From Spirochaetaceae bacterium (GTDB taxonomy: Bacteria; Spirochaetota; Spirochaetia; DSM-2461): a DNA stretch of 64,000 nucleotides. Below the pieces are notes generated by a model that made no database searches, was not told the origin of the DNA, and worked only from the letters and a program-made list of their open reading frames with translations. Where the stretch lies: NCBI GenBank assembly GCA_051531975.1, contig JAOPTT010000005.1:1-64000 (forward strand), written 5' to 3'. The position numbers were made by a program, and so were the translations under genes. This document shows positions 51,190-60,543 of this stretch, in pieces; within the stretch, counting starts at the first letter, position 1, and every line of letters begins with the position of its first letter.

Positions 51190-52140
51190 TTATAACAGTG
51201 GGTCGAATCTCAAAAGACGATAGTGCCCCTGGGCTGAACATCCTGTTACATATTGCTTAACAAGTTGAGAAATAGAATTTATTTGAGACCTGTGAGTATG
51301 TCCAGCAAGAACTGCAGAAAGATTTGAACTTTTTTTAACAGTTTCTAAAAACTCTAAAGTTGTTGTTAGGTTACCAGTTTTACTCCATCGTTCTCTTTTT
51401 TCTATTTTATAATTTCTGTCTATATTCCAGCCCCAACCAGGAGCCCCACATACTGTGGACTGCTTCTGCTTTGCCTCTTTCCCTAGGTATAAGGGGATAT
51501 GTAGCAGAAGAACTATTGGTAATCCTAGTTTTAATTGGGTTTTATAAAACCGTAACTGATCTTCATTAACCTGATATGTCGAATTATCAATTGCAACGAA
51601 ATTAATCCCTCCAATGATAAGTGATGAATAAAGGGGAGTTTCTCCGACATAGAGTGGCAGTAGACTTTTGTTTATCCAGGTTTGACGTTTGTTTTCATCA
51701 GATCCTTCCATTCCTTCATAATGCCAATCATGATTTCCAGAAATGTAAATATAAGGGATATCGACTAATTTAAGTGCCTGGTGAATAAAACTGATACTTG
51801 ATTGTGAGGGATTATTAACAATATCACCTGTCAAAACAATTAGGTCAACTTTCTCTTCTTTTGCAACTTCCAACAAGTTTAGAAACATTTTACTAGAAGT
51901 TGTTTTCTTCTTTGTTTTATAGTGTTTCACCGTTTTAAAAGCATTATCCATTCGGGAGCTATAACTATGATATTCTTTTTCATTTGTACTAAGAACACTT
52001 ACATGGGAATCGGTAATATGCAAAATTCGGAATGTTTTTAACAGACCTGGAATGGTTATAATATCTTCATTTAATGAACATGATGCTCCATTATTATTAG
52101 GTGTAATATTTAACTTATTTAGAATTTTTTGTCTGCTCAA
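51190..52140 (-). CDS. Calcineurin-like metallophosphoesterase
   Basis: DSH, GD, GNHD and GHTH motifs. Confidence 0.92.
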   Translation of the reverse strand: MSRQKILNKLNITPNNNGASCSLNEDIITIPGLLKTFRILHITDSHVSVLSTNEKEYHSYSSRMDNAFKTVKHYKTKKKTTSSKMFLNLLEVAKEEKVDLIVLTGDIVNNPSQSSISFIHQALKLVDIPYIYISGNHDWHYEGMEGSDENKRQTWINKSLLPLYVGETPLYSSLIIGGINFVAIDNSTYQVNEDQLRFYKTQLKLGLPIVLLLHIPLYLGKEAKQKQSTVCGAPGWGWNIDRNYKIEKRERWSKTGNLTTTLEFLETVKKSSNLSAVLAGHTHRSQINSISQLVKQYVTGCSAQGHYRLLRFDPLL

Positions 52141-52293
52141 ACATTTATCCTTTTAAAATAATTTGTGACTTCTATGACTTGATTCGAAGCTAAACTACCT
52201 TCGGTTTTAATTTCAAAAGTTGATGAATAAGTATACAATAAGATCTTAATGACTTAAACCAAGCATAATAAATATATAAGGAATGACTATACT

Positions 52294-53088
52294 ATGATTC
52301 AGAATATAGACGATAACAAAATTAACAAGGTGATATCATGTGTAATATTTGATCTTGATGGTACAATTTATAGAGGTGATAAGGTAATTCCAGGTGCCGC
52401 CCATTTTGTGAAGGGACTACAGGATAAGGGTATTCTTGTGATGTTTTATACCAACAGAGCCTATCGTACACCAACTCAAATTGCAGATAAGCTGAAGTCT
52501 ATGAATTTCCCAATTAAAGAGGATCAGGTTTATACCAGTGCAATTGTTACTGCCAATGCTCTTAGAGGTAGAAGAGTCTTTTGTATTGGTGAACCGGCAT
52601 TAACCGAGGCTCTGATATCAGAAGGAGCTATTATTACTGAAAATAACCCAGATGATGTTGTTCTTGGATATGTTGATACTCTTGAAATGAATACTATGAG
52701 CAAGGCTGTACAGTTTATCTCCCACGAACAAGCTCGGTTTGTCGCTACTAATCTGGACCCTTACATTCTTGTTGATGGTAAAAGAGTTCCTGAGAACGGA
52801 GCGATTGCAGCTGCTATTCAAATAGCAACAGGACAACTTCCAGTCGTTTATGGTAAACCGGAACCTTTTGGGATTAATATGATCCTGAAAAAATATAATT
52901 TGGAGGCTGAAGAAGTCCTGATTGTAGGAGATACTCTTGCAACAGATATACAGTGTGGGGTAAATGCCGGAATTCGAACAGCACTTATACTAACAGGTGT
53001 TTCATCTGCTTTGGAGGCATGTGCTTCAGAAGCTGAAATAATTGTGGATAATTACAATGATTTAAGGATCAAGATTTTTGGTTCTTAA
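52294..53088 (+). CDS. HAD-IIA (NagD-like) phosphatase
   Basis: DLDGT, TN, GKP and GDTLATD motifs. Confidence 0.93.
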   Translation: MIQNIDDNKINKVISCVIFDLDGTIYRGDKVIPGAAHFVKGLQDKGILVMFYTNRAYRTPTQIADKLKSMNFPIKEDQVYTSAIVTANALRGRRVFCIGEPALTEALISEGAIITENNPDDVVLGYVDTLEMNTMSKAVQFISHEQARFVATNLDPYILVDGKRVPENGAIAAAIQIATGQLPVVYGKPEPFGINMILKKYNLEAEEVLIVGDTLATDIQCGVNAGIRTALILTGVSSALEACASEAEIIVDNYNDLRIKIFGS

Positions 53089-53265
53089 GAGAAATTAAAC
53101 AGACTCCAGCAGGATGATAGACCAGTAATCAGTAGATTTACTAATTTGCTTATTATTACTAATAATAGTAAAATTATCTATCTATAAATGGAGAGTCATA
53201 AGATCGATGGGTCATAAATCAAAAATACATGGAGTATTACCATCCACACTAAGTGGGGATAAGCA

Positions 53266-54126
53266 TTGAGCCACTCTGCTTTAACTAGTTATAGGTCAAT
53301 AGAGCTAAGAGAGAATATCAACTCCCAAAACTCACCTCTAAGATTATTTTATGGTAATATGAACTTTTTCCCCATTCACTGGCATGAAAGAATAGAGATT
53401 ATTTATCAATTAGAGGGATCATCCACAATAAAAATAAATGATACAATGTACAATCTCTCCACTGGGGACATTCTTATTATTAATAGTAGAGATCTACACT
53501 CCTTTGAAAAGAGTGATAACAATAAAGCATTATTATTACAGATTGAACCTAGTTTCTTCTCTAAATTTAAAATAGATCAAAGCCTTCAGCTCTCCCCTGT
53601 AAAAATGTTCAATAAAAAGAAGTTAATTACAAGTATAGACAGGGAGTATAAAGGTATTAGCTATCAACTTAAACGGATGATGGTGGAATTTGATAATAGA
53701 TCACAAACTTATAACTACTCTGTAAGCTCCGCCCTTCTTGAGATCTTTTTGATATTTATCGGTATAGAAGAGGGGAATAGCAGTGATTTAGAACCTGTAA
53801 AGAATCTAGAGCGTTTAAGGTCTGTTATAGACTTTGTCTCTGAACACTACATGGATAAGATTACCCTGGAAGATGCTGCTAGATCCGCTAATTTTAGTCC
53901 ATATCATTTTGCAAGATTTTTTAAAAAATCAACAGGACAGACTTTTTTTGAATATTTAGAATCATTTAGAATAAATTATGCGATTAATCTACTTTTGTCT
54001 ACAGATTTATCTATTACCGATATAGCATTTAATTCTGGATATAATAATCTTAAAACTTTTAACAGACAGTTTCATAAACTAGAGGGCAAAAGTCCTAGTT
54101 CTTACCGTAAAGATTCCACTATTTAA
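53266..54126 (+). CDS. AraC family regulator (cupin + HTH)
   Basis: HWHERIE cupin motif; C-terminal HTH. Confidence 0.92.
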   Translation: MSHSALTSYRSIELRENINSQNSPLRLFYGNMNFFPIHWHERIEIIYQLEGSSTIKINDTMYNLSTGDILIINSRDLHSFEKSDNNKALLLQIEPSFFSKFKIDQSLQLSPVKMFNKKKLITSIDREYKGISYQLKRMMVEFDNRSQTYNYSVSSALLEIFLIFIGIEEGNSSDLEPVKNLERLRSVIDFVSEHYMDKITLEDAARSANFSPYHFARFFKKSTGQTFFEYLESFRINYAINLLLSTDLSITDIAFNSGYNNLKTFNRQFHKLEGKSPSSYRKDSTI

Positions 54127-54133
54127 ATAAATT

Positions 54134-54167
54134 AGCAATATCTGAGAACTATTGAGCAATTTCAGAG
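54134..54167 (+). promoter_or_regulatory. Tandem AraC-type half-sites upstream of the ThuA operon
   Basis: agcaatatctgag / agcaatttcagag (11/13), 21-bp period; possible -10 taatct at 54191. Confidence 0.6.
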
Positions 54168-54218
54168 GTGCACTATATGTAATTCAGCAGTAATCTTCTT
54201 ATAGTCGAAGGAGATTTT

Positions 54219-54938
54219 ATGAAGAAAGCAGTAGTTGTTTATGGTGGCTGGGATGGACATGAACCAGAAAAAATTGCCAACCGGTTTAATAAATTCTTAA
54301 GTGAATCGGGGTTTGAAGTTACAATGTCTGATAGTTTAACAGTATTTGAAGATCTTGAAACCTTAAAAAAATATGATCTTATTGTTCCTGTTTGGACAAT
54401 GGGAGAGATCACAGAAACCCAGTGTAATAATGTGTCTGAAGCGATAGCAGAGGGGACAGGTATAGCAGGGTGTCACGGTGGGATGTGTGATGCATTTAGA
54501 AACAGCGTATTATGGCAGTTTATTACTGGTGGAAACTGGGTTTCACATCCAGGTGGTGACGGTGTTGAATATACTGTTGAAATCACTGATGCTTCTTCAG
54601 AATTGGTAAATGGAATAGGTAACTTTAAAGTAACTTCGGAGCAGTACTATCTACACGTTGATCCAGCAGTTAAAGTACTTGCTACAACAAGATTTCCAAT
54701 AGCTACATGGTACCACTCTTCTAATGAGCCTGTGGATATGCCTATTGCATGGACAAAAAAATGGGGATTAGGCCATGTCTACTATAACTCTCTAGGACAC
54801 CATAATGATATTTTTGATATTCCTGAAGCTATGGATATGATGAGCCGTGGGCTGATCTGGGCATCAGAGGGAAAAGAGAGAGCAGCTGAAAATAGTATAA
54901 CTGCTGATATTTATCGTAGCACTGGAAAGATGTTTTAG
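54219..54938 (+). CDS. ThuA domain-containing protein
   Basis: GGWDGH, HGG, EQYYLHVDP and SLGH motifs. Confidence 0.9.
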   Translation: MKKAVVVYGGWDGHEPEKIANRFNKFLSESGFEVTMSDSLTVFEDLETLKKYDLIVPVWTMGEITETQCNNVSEAIAEGTGIAGCHGGMCDAFRNSVLWQFITGGNWVSHPGGDGVEYTVEITDASSELVNGIGNFKVTSEQYYLHVDPAVKVLATTRFPIATWYHSSNEPVDMPIAWTKKWGLGHVYYNSLGHHNDIFDIPEAMDMMSRGLIWASEGKERAAENSITADIYRSTGKMF

Positions 54939-54947
54939 GAGATAGAA

Positions 54948-56018
54948 ATGAATGTAGGAATAATTGGTACAGGAAATATAAGTGATATCTATCTTAAAAA
55001 TTTTACAGGAATGTTTAAAGATAGAGTTAACTTGTTAGGTTGCGCAGATCTTGTTAAAGAGAAAGCGGATGAAGCTGCAGAAAAGTACAACCTAAAAAAG
55101 AGATACAGTTCTGTAGAAGAACTTCTAAATGATGATGAGATCGATATTGTTGTTAACCTTACAATCCCATTAGCCCACTATGATGTAAATAGAATGGCTA
55201 TTGAGTACGGAAAACACGTCTATGTGGAAAAACCACTTTGTGGAACTGTAGAAGAGGCAAAAGCTCTATTAGAACTTGCAGATAAAAAAAAGCTACGAGT
55301 TGGTGGAGCTCCTGATACTTTTCTAGGGGCTGGAATACAGACCTGTAGAAAACTGATTGATGATGACTGGATAGGTAGACCAATAGCAGCAACAGCTTTT
55401 ATGACCTGTCCTGGACATGAGAGTTGGCACCCTGCTCCTGAGTTCTACTATAAAAAAGGTGGAGGACCGATGTTTGATATGGGACCTTATTATCTAACAG
55501 CACTTGTTAATCTAATTGGTCCTGTTAATTCTGTTATGGGTTCTACTTCTATGGTTCGAAAAGAACGTACTATAACCAGTAGTGAAAAATATGGCGAGAT
55601 TATTAAGGTTGAGGTACCAACCCATGTTACAGGTCTACTAAACTTTGAAAATGGGGTGATTGGAACAATTATTACAAGTTTTGATGTATGGGATGCTAAC
55701 CTTCCAAGAATTGAGATATATGGAACTAAGGGTTCACTCTCTGTTCCTGATCCAAATAGTTTTGGAGGACCTGTTCTTCTAAAGAGATTTGATGATACAC
55801 AGTGGAGAGAGATGCCGTTGTCTCATTCATTTCCAGAAAACAGTAGAGGTTTAGGTGTTGTTGATATGGCTGAAGCTATTGAAGCAGGTGAGGAACATCG
55901 TGCATCAGGAGTATTAACTTCCCATGTATTAGAGATAATGCACGGAATACATATCTCTTCAGATAAAGAGACCATGTATAAAATGGAATCTAAAGGTGTA
56001 AAACCTAAAGCATTATAA
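54948..56018 (+). CDS. Gfo/Idh/MocA family oxidoreductase
   Basis: GTGNIS, VEKP, APDTFLG and DMGPYY motifs. Confidence 0.95.
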   Translation: MNVGIIGTGNISDIYLKNFTGMFKDRVNLLGCADLVKEKADEAAEKYNLKKRYSSVEELLNDDEIDIVVNLTIPLAHYDVNRMAIEYGKHVYVEKPLCGTVEEAKALLELADKKKLRVGGAPDTFLGAGIQTCRKLIDDDWIGRPIAATAFMTCPGHESWHPAPEFYYKKGGGPMFDMGPYYLTALVNLIGPVNSVMGSTSMVRKERTITSSEKYGEIIKVEVPTHVTGLLNFENGVIGTIITSFDVWDANLPRIEIYGTKGSLSVPDPNSFGGPVLLKRFDDTQWREMPLSHSFPENSRGLGVVDMAEAIEAGEEHRASGVLTSHVLEIMHGIHISSDKETMYKMESKGVKPKAL

Positions 56019-56050
56019 AAAGAAGACACACAGATGGCTTTAGAGGGAAA

Positions 56051-56144
56051 TCATAAATAAGTCTTTTAACAAGATCATCTTCTAAAGTTACATCCAGTAT
56101 AATAGTATTCCATTGCTTTTTAGTGGAATACTTTTACAACATTT
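56051..56144 (-). pseudogene. MmcQ/YjbR-family 3' fragment, copy 1
   Basis: Minus strand translates YSTKKQWNTIILDVTLEDDLVKRLIYD; 31/33 nt identical to 60350-60382. Confidence 0.75.
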
Positions 56145-56583
56145 ATAGTTCAAGGTCTTTTTTGATATATTTAGTGGTATCTAACATTATATTTAGAAGG
56201 TCTTTTGAATACTCCATAACTTCTTCAAATAGCTCTTTTAGGTTTTCTTCTATATATTCATGGACTATTGTATTTCTTAAGTCCTTCATTAGTCTTATTT
56301 TTTCAATACTTTTAATAAGGCCCCTTTTATGAGCATTATTTACTACATCTACGAGTGTTCCTTGATTTTCAAACTCATACTCATCAATTGTTCTAAAAAT
56401 CTTTCTTATTAAAAAATCTATAGACCTGGAGTATCTACTACAAAGGGTTTCAAAATGAACAAACTCTTCCATTGTATACTCAGTTCTTTCTTTAAAAGCT
56501 TTACAACTGTTAATAGAGTATTCAAGTAGTTTTATCTGTTTGTTAAGAAGATCGTAGTCTTTAATAAGTTTCTCTTTTATCAT
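56143..56583 (-). CDS. HEPN-domain (HI0074/HepT-like) putative RNase toxin
   Basis: RNTIVHEY (Rx4HxY) motif; overlaps the upstream MNT gene. Confidence 0.88.
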   Translation of the reverse strand: MIKEKLIKDYDLLNKQIKLLEYSINSCKAFKERTEYTMEEFVHFETLCSRYSRSIDFLIRKIFRTIDEYEFENQGTLVDVVNNAHKRGLIKSIEKIRLMKDLRNTIVHEYIEENLKELFEEVMEYSKDLLNIMLDTTKYIKKDLEL

Positions 56584-56864
56584 AATTCTATTGCATCCTT
56601 AAATATAAGTTTAATAAATGGATCACTAAATAAGCCATCATCTAGTACTATATCTATTTTTTGTTCATCAAATTCAGAGAAGAAGTTAACTCTTACTAGT
56701 CTAAGATCTTTTTTTATCATACTTTTTGAGATTATTAGAAGATCAATGTCTCCACCTCTTTTACTATCATCTACTCTACTACCAAATAGATAAATTTTAG
56801 CATTTTTATCAATATTTAAAAGTGAGGTTTTAAAATTGGAAATTTCTTCTTCTGATAATCTCAT
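56580..56864 (-). CDS. Minimal nucleotidyltransferase (MntA-like antitoxin)
   Basis: YLFGSRVDDSKRGGDIDL motif; ATG at 56864. Confidence 0.9.
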   Translation of the reverse strand: MRLSEEEISNFKTSLLNIDKNAKIYLFGSRVDDSKRGGDIDLLIISKSMIKKDLRLVRVNFFSEFDEQKIDIVLDDGLFSDPFIKLIFKDAIEL

Positions 56865-57059
56865 TAATTTATTATATATGTTGTTTTGATTATTTAAAAG
56901 TAATAGAGACAATGAGCTTATGTGGTGTTATAATTCTTTACGTATTCAGAATCATTATAATAACTATTTAAAACCTGTGAACAGTTGGTCTAAAGCTTCA
57001 GTGCATTTCTGTTACCCAATATACCTATCCCTGTTCTTAATTCTTCTTTTATCATATTG

Positions 57060-57170
57060 TTTTTAACTTTCTTAGTAAGTTTGTTAAATACAATCTCATG
57101 GGATTCTGATATAAGCCTTTTAACTAAGTCATCTTCCAATGTTGTATAGCTCAATAACCATTATTACACA
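57060..57170 (-). pseudogene. MmcQ/YjbR-family 3' fragment, copy 2
   Basis: TLEDDLVKRLISESHEIVFNKLTKKVK; 66/82 nt identical to 60301-60382. Confidence 0.75.
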
Positions 57171-57254
57171 GCCTGTAGAAGTAGTTTAAGAAGTCTTTTG
57201 CATAATATTAGTTCTATTTATATCAGTTGCTTAATGAATAGAAATGGGATTCCA

Positions 57255-57298
57255 CCAGTTTACTAGACTTATTTATGTTAATTTATTCATTATAGATT
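57255..57298 (-). repeat. Copy 3: extreme 3' end and trailer of the same gene
   Basis: 37/44 nt identical to 60256-60299. Confidence 0.7.
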
Positions 57299-57368
57299 TT
57301 TTTTTGTTCTTTGAAAGTTATATTCCGAATCCACAGTTTAATAGAATTAAAAATGAAATAGGTCAATT

Positions 57369-57403
57369 AAAAAAGTACATGGGCTATATTGCCCATATAC
57401 TTT
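57369..57403 (-). terminator. Intrinsic terminator for thrC-apgM
   Basis: Minus strand aaagtatatgggc-aatata-gcccatgtactttttt. Confidence 0.8.
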
Positions 57404-57532
57404 CTAATATTTTATCGTAGGTTCTATAAGCGATTATCTCTTTTAAACATTTATTGAGGCTAAGATACCCAAAAGAACTAGTCTAACCAGGATTATGTAA
57501 CACTTCTTTGAGACATTATCTGAAAATCCTTT

Positions 57533-58735
57533 TTAAGATATCAATAATTTAATAAATTCAGGACCTTCTATTGTCCCGAATGCACCTCTGTCAGCTGCAT
57601 CTTCTGTATAAATTTCAACATCATCCGGCTCCTGTCCGGGTTTCATAATTATAAAAGGAACCGCTTCTCTTGTATGAGTTCGAAGCTCTACAGGGGTAGG
57701 GTGATCAGGAGTCACTGCTATGGTTAGTTCATCACCTATTTCATCTTTATGCTCTAGCAGATATTTTACAATTCTGTGGTCAAGGTACTCAATACATTTT
57801 ACCTTAAGATCTGTATCACCGTCATGTCCGGCTTCATCTGTCGCTTCAATATGAAGATATAAAAAATCATGTGTTTTAAGTGCTTCAATGGCAGCTTTTG
57901 CTTTCCCTTCATAGTTTGTATCATATAGTCCCGTAGCACCTTCGACTTTAATAATGTCCATTCCGGCGTAAACTCCGATTCCATTTATTAAATCAACTCC
58001 GGAAATTATTGAACCATTTAATCCATAAAGTTCTTTGAAAGTAGGCATAAGAGGTTTATTACCCGGGGACCATGGCCATATTAAATTTGCAGAATCTTTA
58101 CCAGCTTCAACTCTTTTTAAATTTATCGGGTGATTTTTAAGAATCTCATGGGATTTTAGTATAAGTTTATTAATAAGTTCTGCTGTATCTTTACCTTCTT
58201 CATCAATAGGTTTAGCAAGCAGAGTCTTGTAATCAATCCCGGGATAATCATGAGGAGGAAAGCACTCTATTTTTGAACTTCCACCTTTAATTACAAGCAG
58301 GTGCTTATAAGAAATACCCGGGTAAACTTTAACACCTTTAAATTCAGGAGAATTATTAAGTGCTTCTACTAGTTCTGCAGCTTCTTCGGTGGTGATGTGC
58401 CCTGCCGAATGACTTTTAATTTTTTCATCTTCAACACTTATAAAATTAAGACGTAATGCGAGGTCATCTTCATCTAGTTCTATACCCATATTCGCAGCTT
58501 CAAGAACGCCTCTTCCCTGAAAGAATTCATGGGAATCATACCCTAGAACTCCAAGGTTAGCTACAGCACTTCCCTTTGGCATATCATCGGGAATCGTTTT
58601 CAACTTTCCACTTATTCCCGCTTTCGCAATAGAATCAATATAGGGTTTATCTGCAACCATAAGAGGTGTTTTTCCATTTAGTTTTTTTACAGGCCGATCT
58701 GCCATCCCGTCGCCTAGAACAATTACATATTTCAT
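57533..58735 (-). CDS. apgM: ApgM-type cofactor-independent phosphoglycerate mutase family protein (proposed homoserine kinase subfamily)
   Basis: GDGMAD, GKTPL, GSAVANL, DEAGH and DHPTP motifs; overlaps thrC. Confidence 0.88.
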   Translation of the reverse strand: MKYVIVLGDGMADRPVKKLNGKTPLMVADKPYIDSIAKAGISGKLKTIPDDMPKGSAVANLGVLGYDSHEFFQGRGVLEAANMGIELDEDDLALRLNFISVEDEKIKSHSAGHITTEEAAELVEALNNSPEFKGVKVYPGISYKHLLVIKGGSSKIECFPPHDYPGIDYKTLLAKPIDEEGKDTAELINKLILKSHEILKNHPINLKRVEAGKDSANLIWPWSPGNKPLMPTFKELYGLNGSIISGVDLINGIGVYAGMDIIKVEGATGLYDTNYEGKAKAAIEALKTHDFLYLHIEATDEAGHDGDTDLKVKCIEYLDHRIVKYLLEHKDEIGDELTIAVTPDHPTPVELRTHTREAVPFIIMKPGQEPDDVEIYTEDAADRGAFGTIEGPEFIKLLIS

Positions 58736-60096
58736 AAACTCACTCCATAATTTTTTTTAAGATATTCTTTAAAACTTTTGTATTCCTGACCTATTCTGTC
58801 AAAACTTTCTTCTTTATCTTCAATGCCCTGAAGGGAAGGAGGTAACTCAGGATCTATACCTATCAATTTTATTATTTCTGAAGGGAATTTCGCCGGATGA
58901 GCTGTTTCAACAGATACAAAAAGTTTATCTGGATCATCATTTTCTTCCAGATAACTGGTAAGTCCTTTCCAGCCTACCGCACCATGTTGTTCAAGAATAA
59001 CATTATATTTTTTGTAAGCTTCAACTATTGTTTCTTTAGTCGTTTCATCGTCTACACTTATTGTGTAAATGAAGCGGCGTAATTTTTCCATGTCAGCGGT
59101 TTTTCCAATATTCCCTTTTTCATCCATCTGACCGCCAAAAAGATTTATAAGACGAGGCAGATTGCTAGGGTGCCCAACATTCATAGCGTTTGAAACACAT
59201 GCTATTGATGGTTCGATTTTATTATAATTACCAGTTTTAACGAATTTAGGGAATTCATCATTAGAATTTGTAGATATAACTAGCTTTTCTATTGGCAGAC
59301 CCATTCTAGAGGCTATAACAGCACCCATCATATCTCCAAAGTTCCCTGAAGGAATTGAAAAGGTTATTTTTTCTTTTGCTTTTGCCAGTCTAGAGTATGC
59401 CCAGAAATAGTATACCGTTTGAGGTAGAAGTCTTCCAAAATTGATTGAATTGGCGGAGGACAGGTTTAAATATTTTAGATCATCATCAACAAAAGCTTGT
59501 TTAACAAGAGCCTGGCAGTCATCAAATTTACCCTGTAAAGCAAGAGTTGAAATGTTCTTTTTAAGAGTGGTCATCTGTTTTCTTTGTCTTTCAGAGACTT
59601 CAGTTTCAGGAAAAAGAACAAGTACTTTTATATTGTCCAATCCATAATAAGCATTAGCTATAGCACTGCCTGTATCACCGGAAGTTGCAACAAGTATTAA
59701 TAATTTCTTATCATCTTTTTTGAGGAAATGCTGCATAAGACGAGCCATCATACGGGCTGCAAAATCTTTAAATGATGCTGTAGGTCCCTGATCGAGGCGC
59801 ATTATATATTTTCTTTCAAATACGTTTTCTAGAGGGACATCATAATTGTACGCATCTTTAGTAATAAATTTTAGATCATCATCTGAAACAAGATCTCCGA
59901 TAAAAGATTTTGTAACATGGTAGGCTACTTCGTGATATTCCATATCCTTAAATGATTCGATTAATTCATTGGAAAGTTGTGGGATACTTTCAGGCATATA
60001 TAAACCTTTATCAGGAGCAATTCCATTTAAAAGTGCATCTTCGAAATTTACTAATGGAGAATCCCCATTTGTTGAATAAAACATTATCTGGCTCAA
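58732..60096 (-). CDS. thrC: Threonine synthase
   Basis: GPTASFKD, ATSGDTG, SANSIN, PSGNFG and TAHPAKF motifs; TTG 60096 follows ggagg. Confidence 0.96.
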   Translation of the reverse strand: MSQIMFYSTNGDSPLVNFEDALLNGIAPDKGLYMPESIPQLSNELIESFKDMEYHEVAYHVTKSFIGDLVSDDDLKFITKDAYNYDVPLENVFERKYIMRLDQGPTASFKDFAARMMARLMQHFLKKDDKKLLILVATSGDTGSAIANAYYGLDNIKVLVLFPETEVSERQRKQMTTLKKNISTLALQGKFDDCQALVKQAFVDDDLKYLNLSSANSINFGRLLPQTVYYFWAYSRLAKAKEKITFSIPSGNFGDMMGAVIASRMGLPIEKLVISTNSNDEFPKFVKTGNYNKIEPSIACVSNAMNVGHPSNLPRLINLFGGQMDEKGNIGKTADMEKLRRFIYTISVDDETTKETIVEAYKKYNVILEQHGAVGWKGLTSYLEENDDPDKLFVSVETAHPAKFPSEIIKLIGIDPELPPSLQGIEDKEESFDRIGQEYKSFKEYLKKNYGVSL

Positions 60097-60255
60097 GTAT
60101 TCCTCCGGAAAAAAATTGTAAATCAAAATTAGTTAACTAGTAATACCATAAAAAACCCTTAATTTTCAAGTAAATTCAGGAAAGAGTGTATAAATCCAAA
60201 TATAATGAATTTTATTGTTCACTTATAGAGAACTTTTCATTTCCAATATCTCTCC

Positions 60256-60441
60256 CCAGTTTATTAGACATATTTATGTTAAATTGTTTTTTGTAGATTC
60301 TTTAACTTTCTTAAGAAGTTAATTAAATACAATATCATATAACTCTGATATAAGTCTTTTTACAAGATCATCTTCTAAGGTTCCATCTAATATTAGCGAG
60401 ACCAATGTGTTTTAGTTGAAAAACCACTATTACAACATTTT
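60256..60441 (-). pseudogene. MmcQ/YjbR-family 3' fragment, copy 4 (longest)
   Basis: STKTHW-(frameshift)-LILDGTLEDDLVKRLISELYDIVFN*LLKKVKESTKNNLT*. Confidence 0.8.
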
Positions 60442-60543
60442 AATGTTATATTATATATATAAAATTTAAATTGACTCTGTTAATTTACATTTAACTATCA
60501 ATCGATATATGTTATCTTTTTAATATGGATTATAGGAGATATT

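Noticed and set aside
57165..57200. Minus-strand DFLNYFYRL resembling an AraC HTH remnant
   Set aside because: Too short to distinguish from chance
56051..60441. Repeats read as a CRISPR array or attC series
   Set aside because: Too long, irregularly spaced and non-palindromic; they translate to a protein fragment, and no cas genes are present
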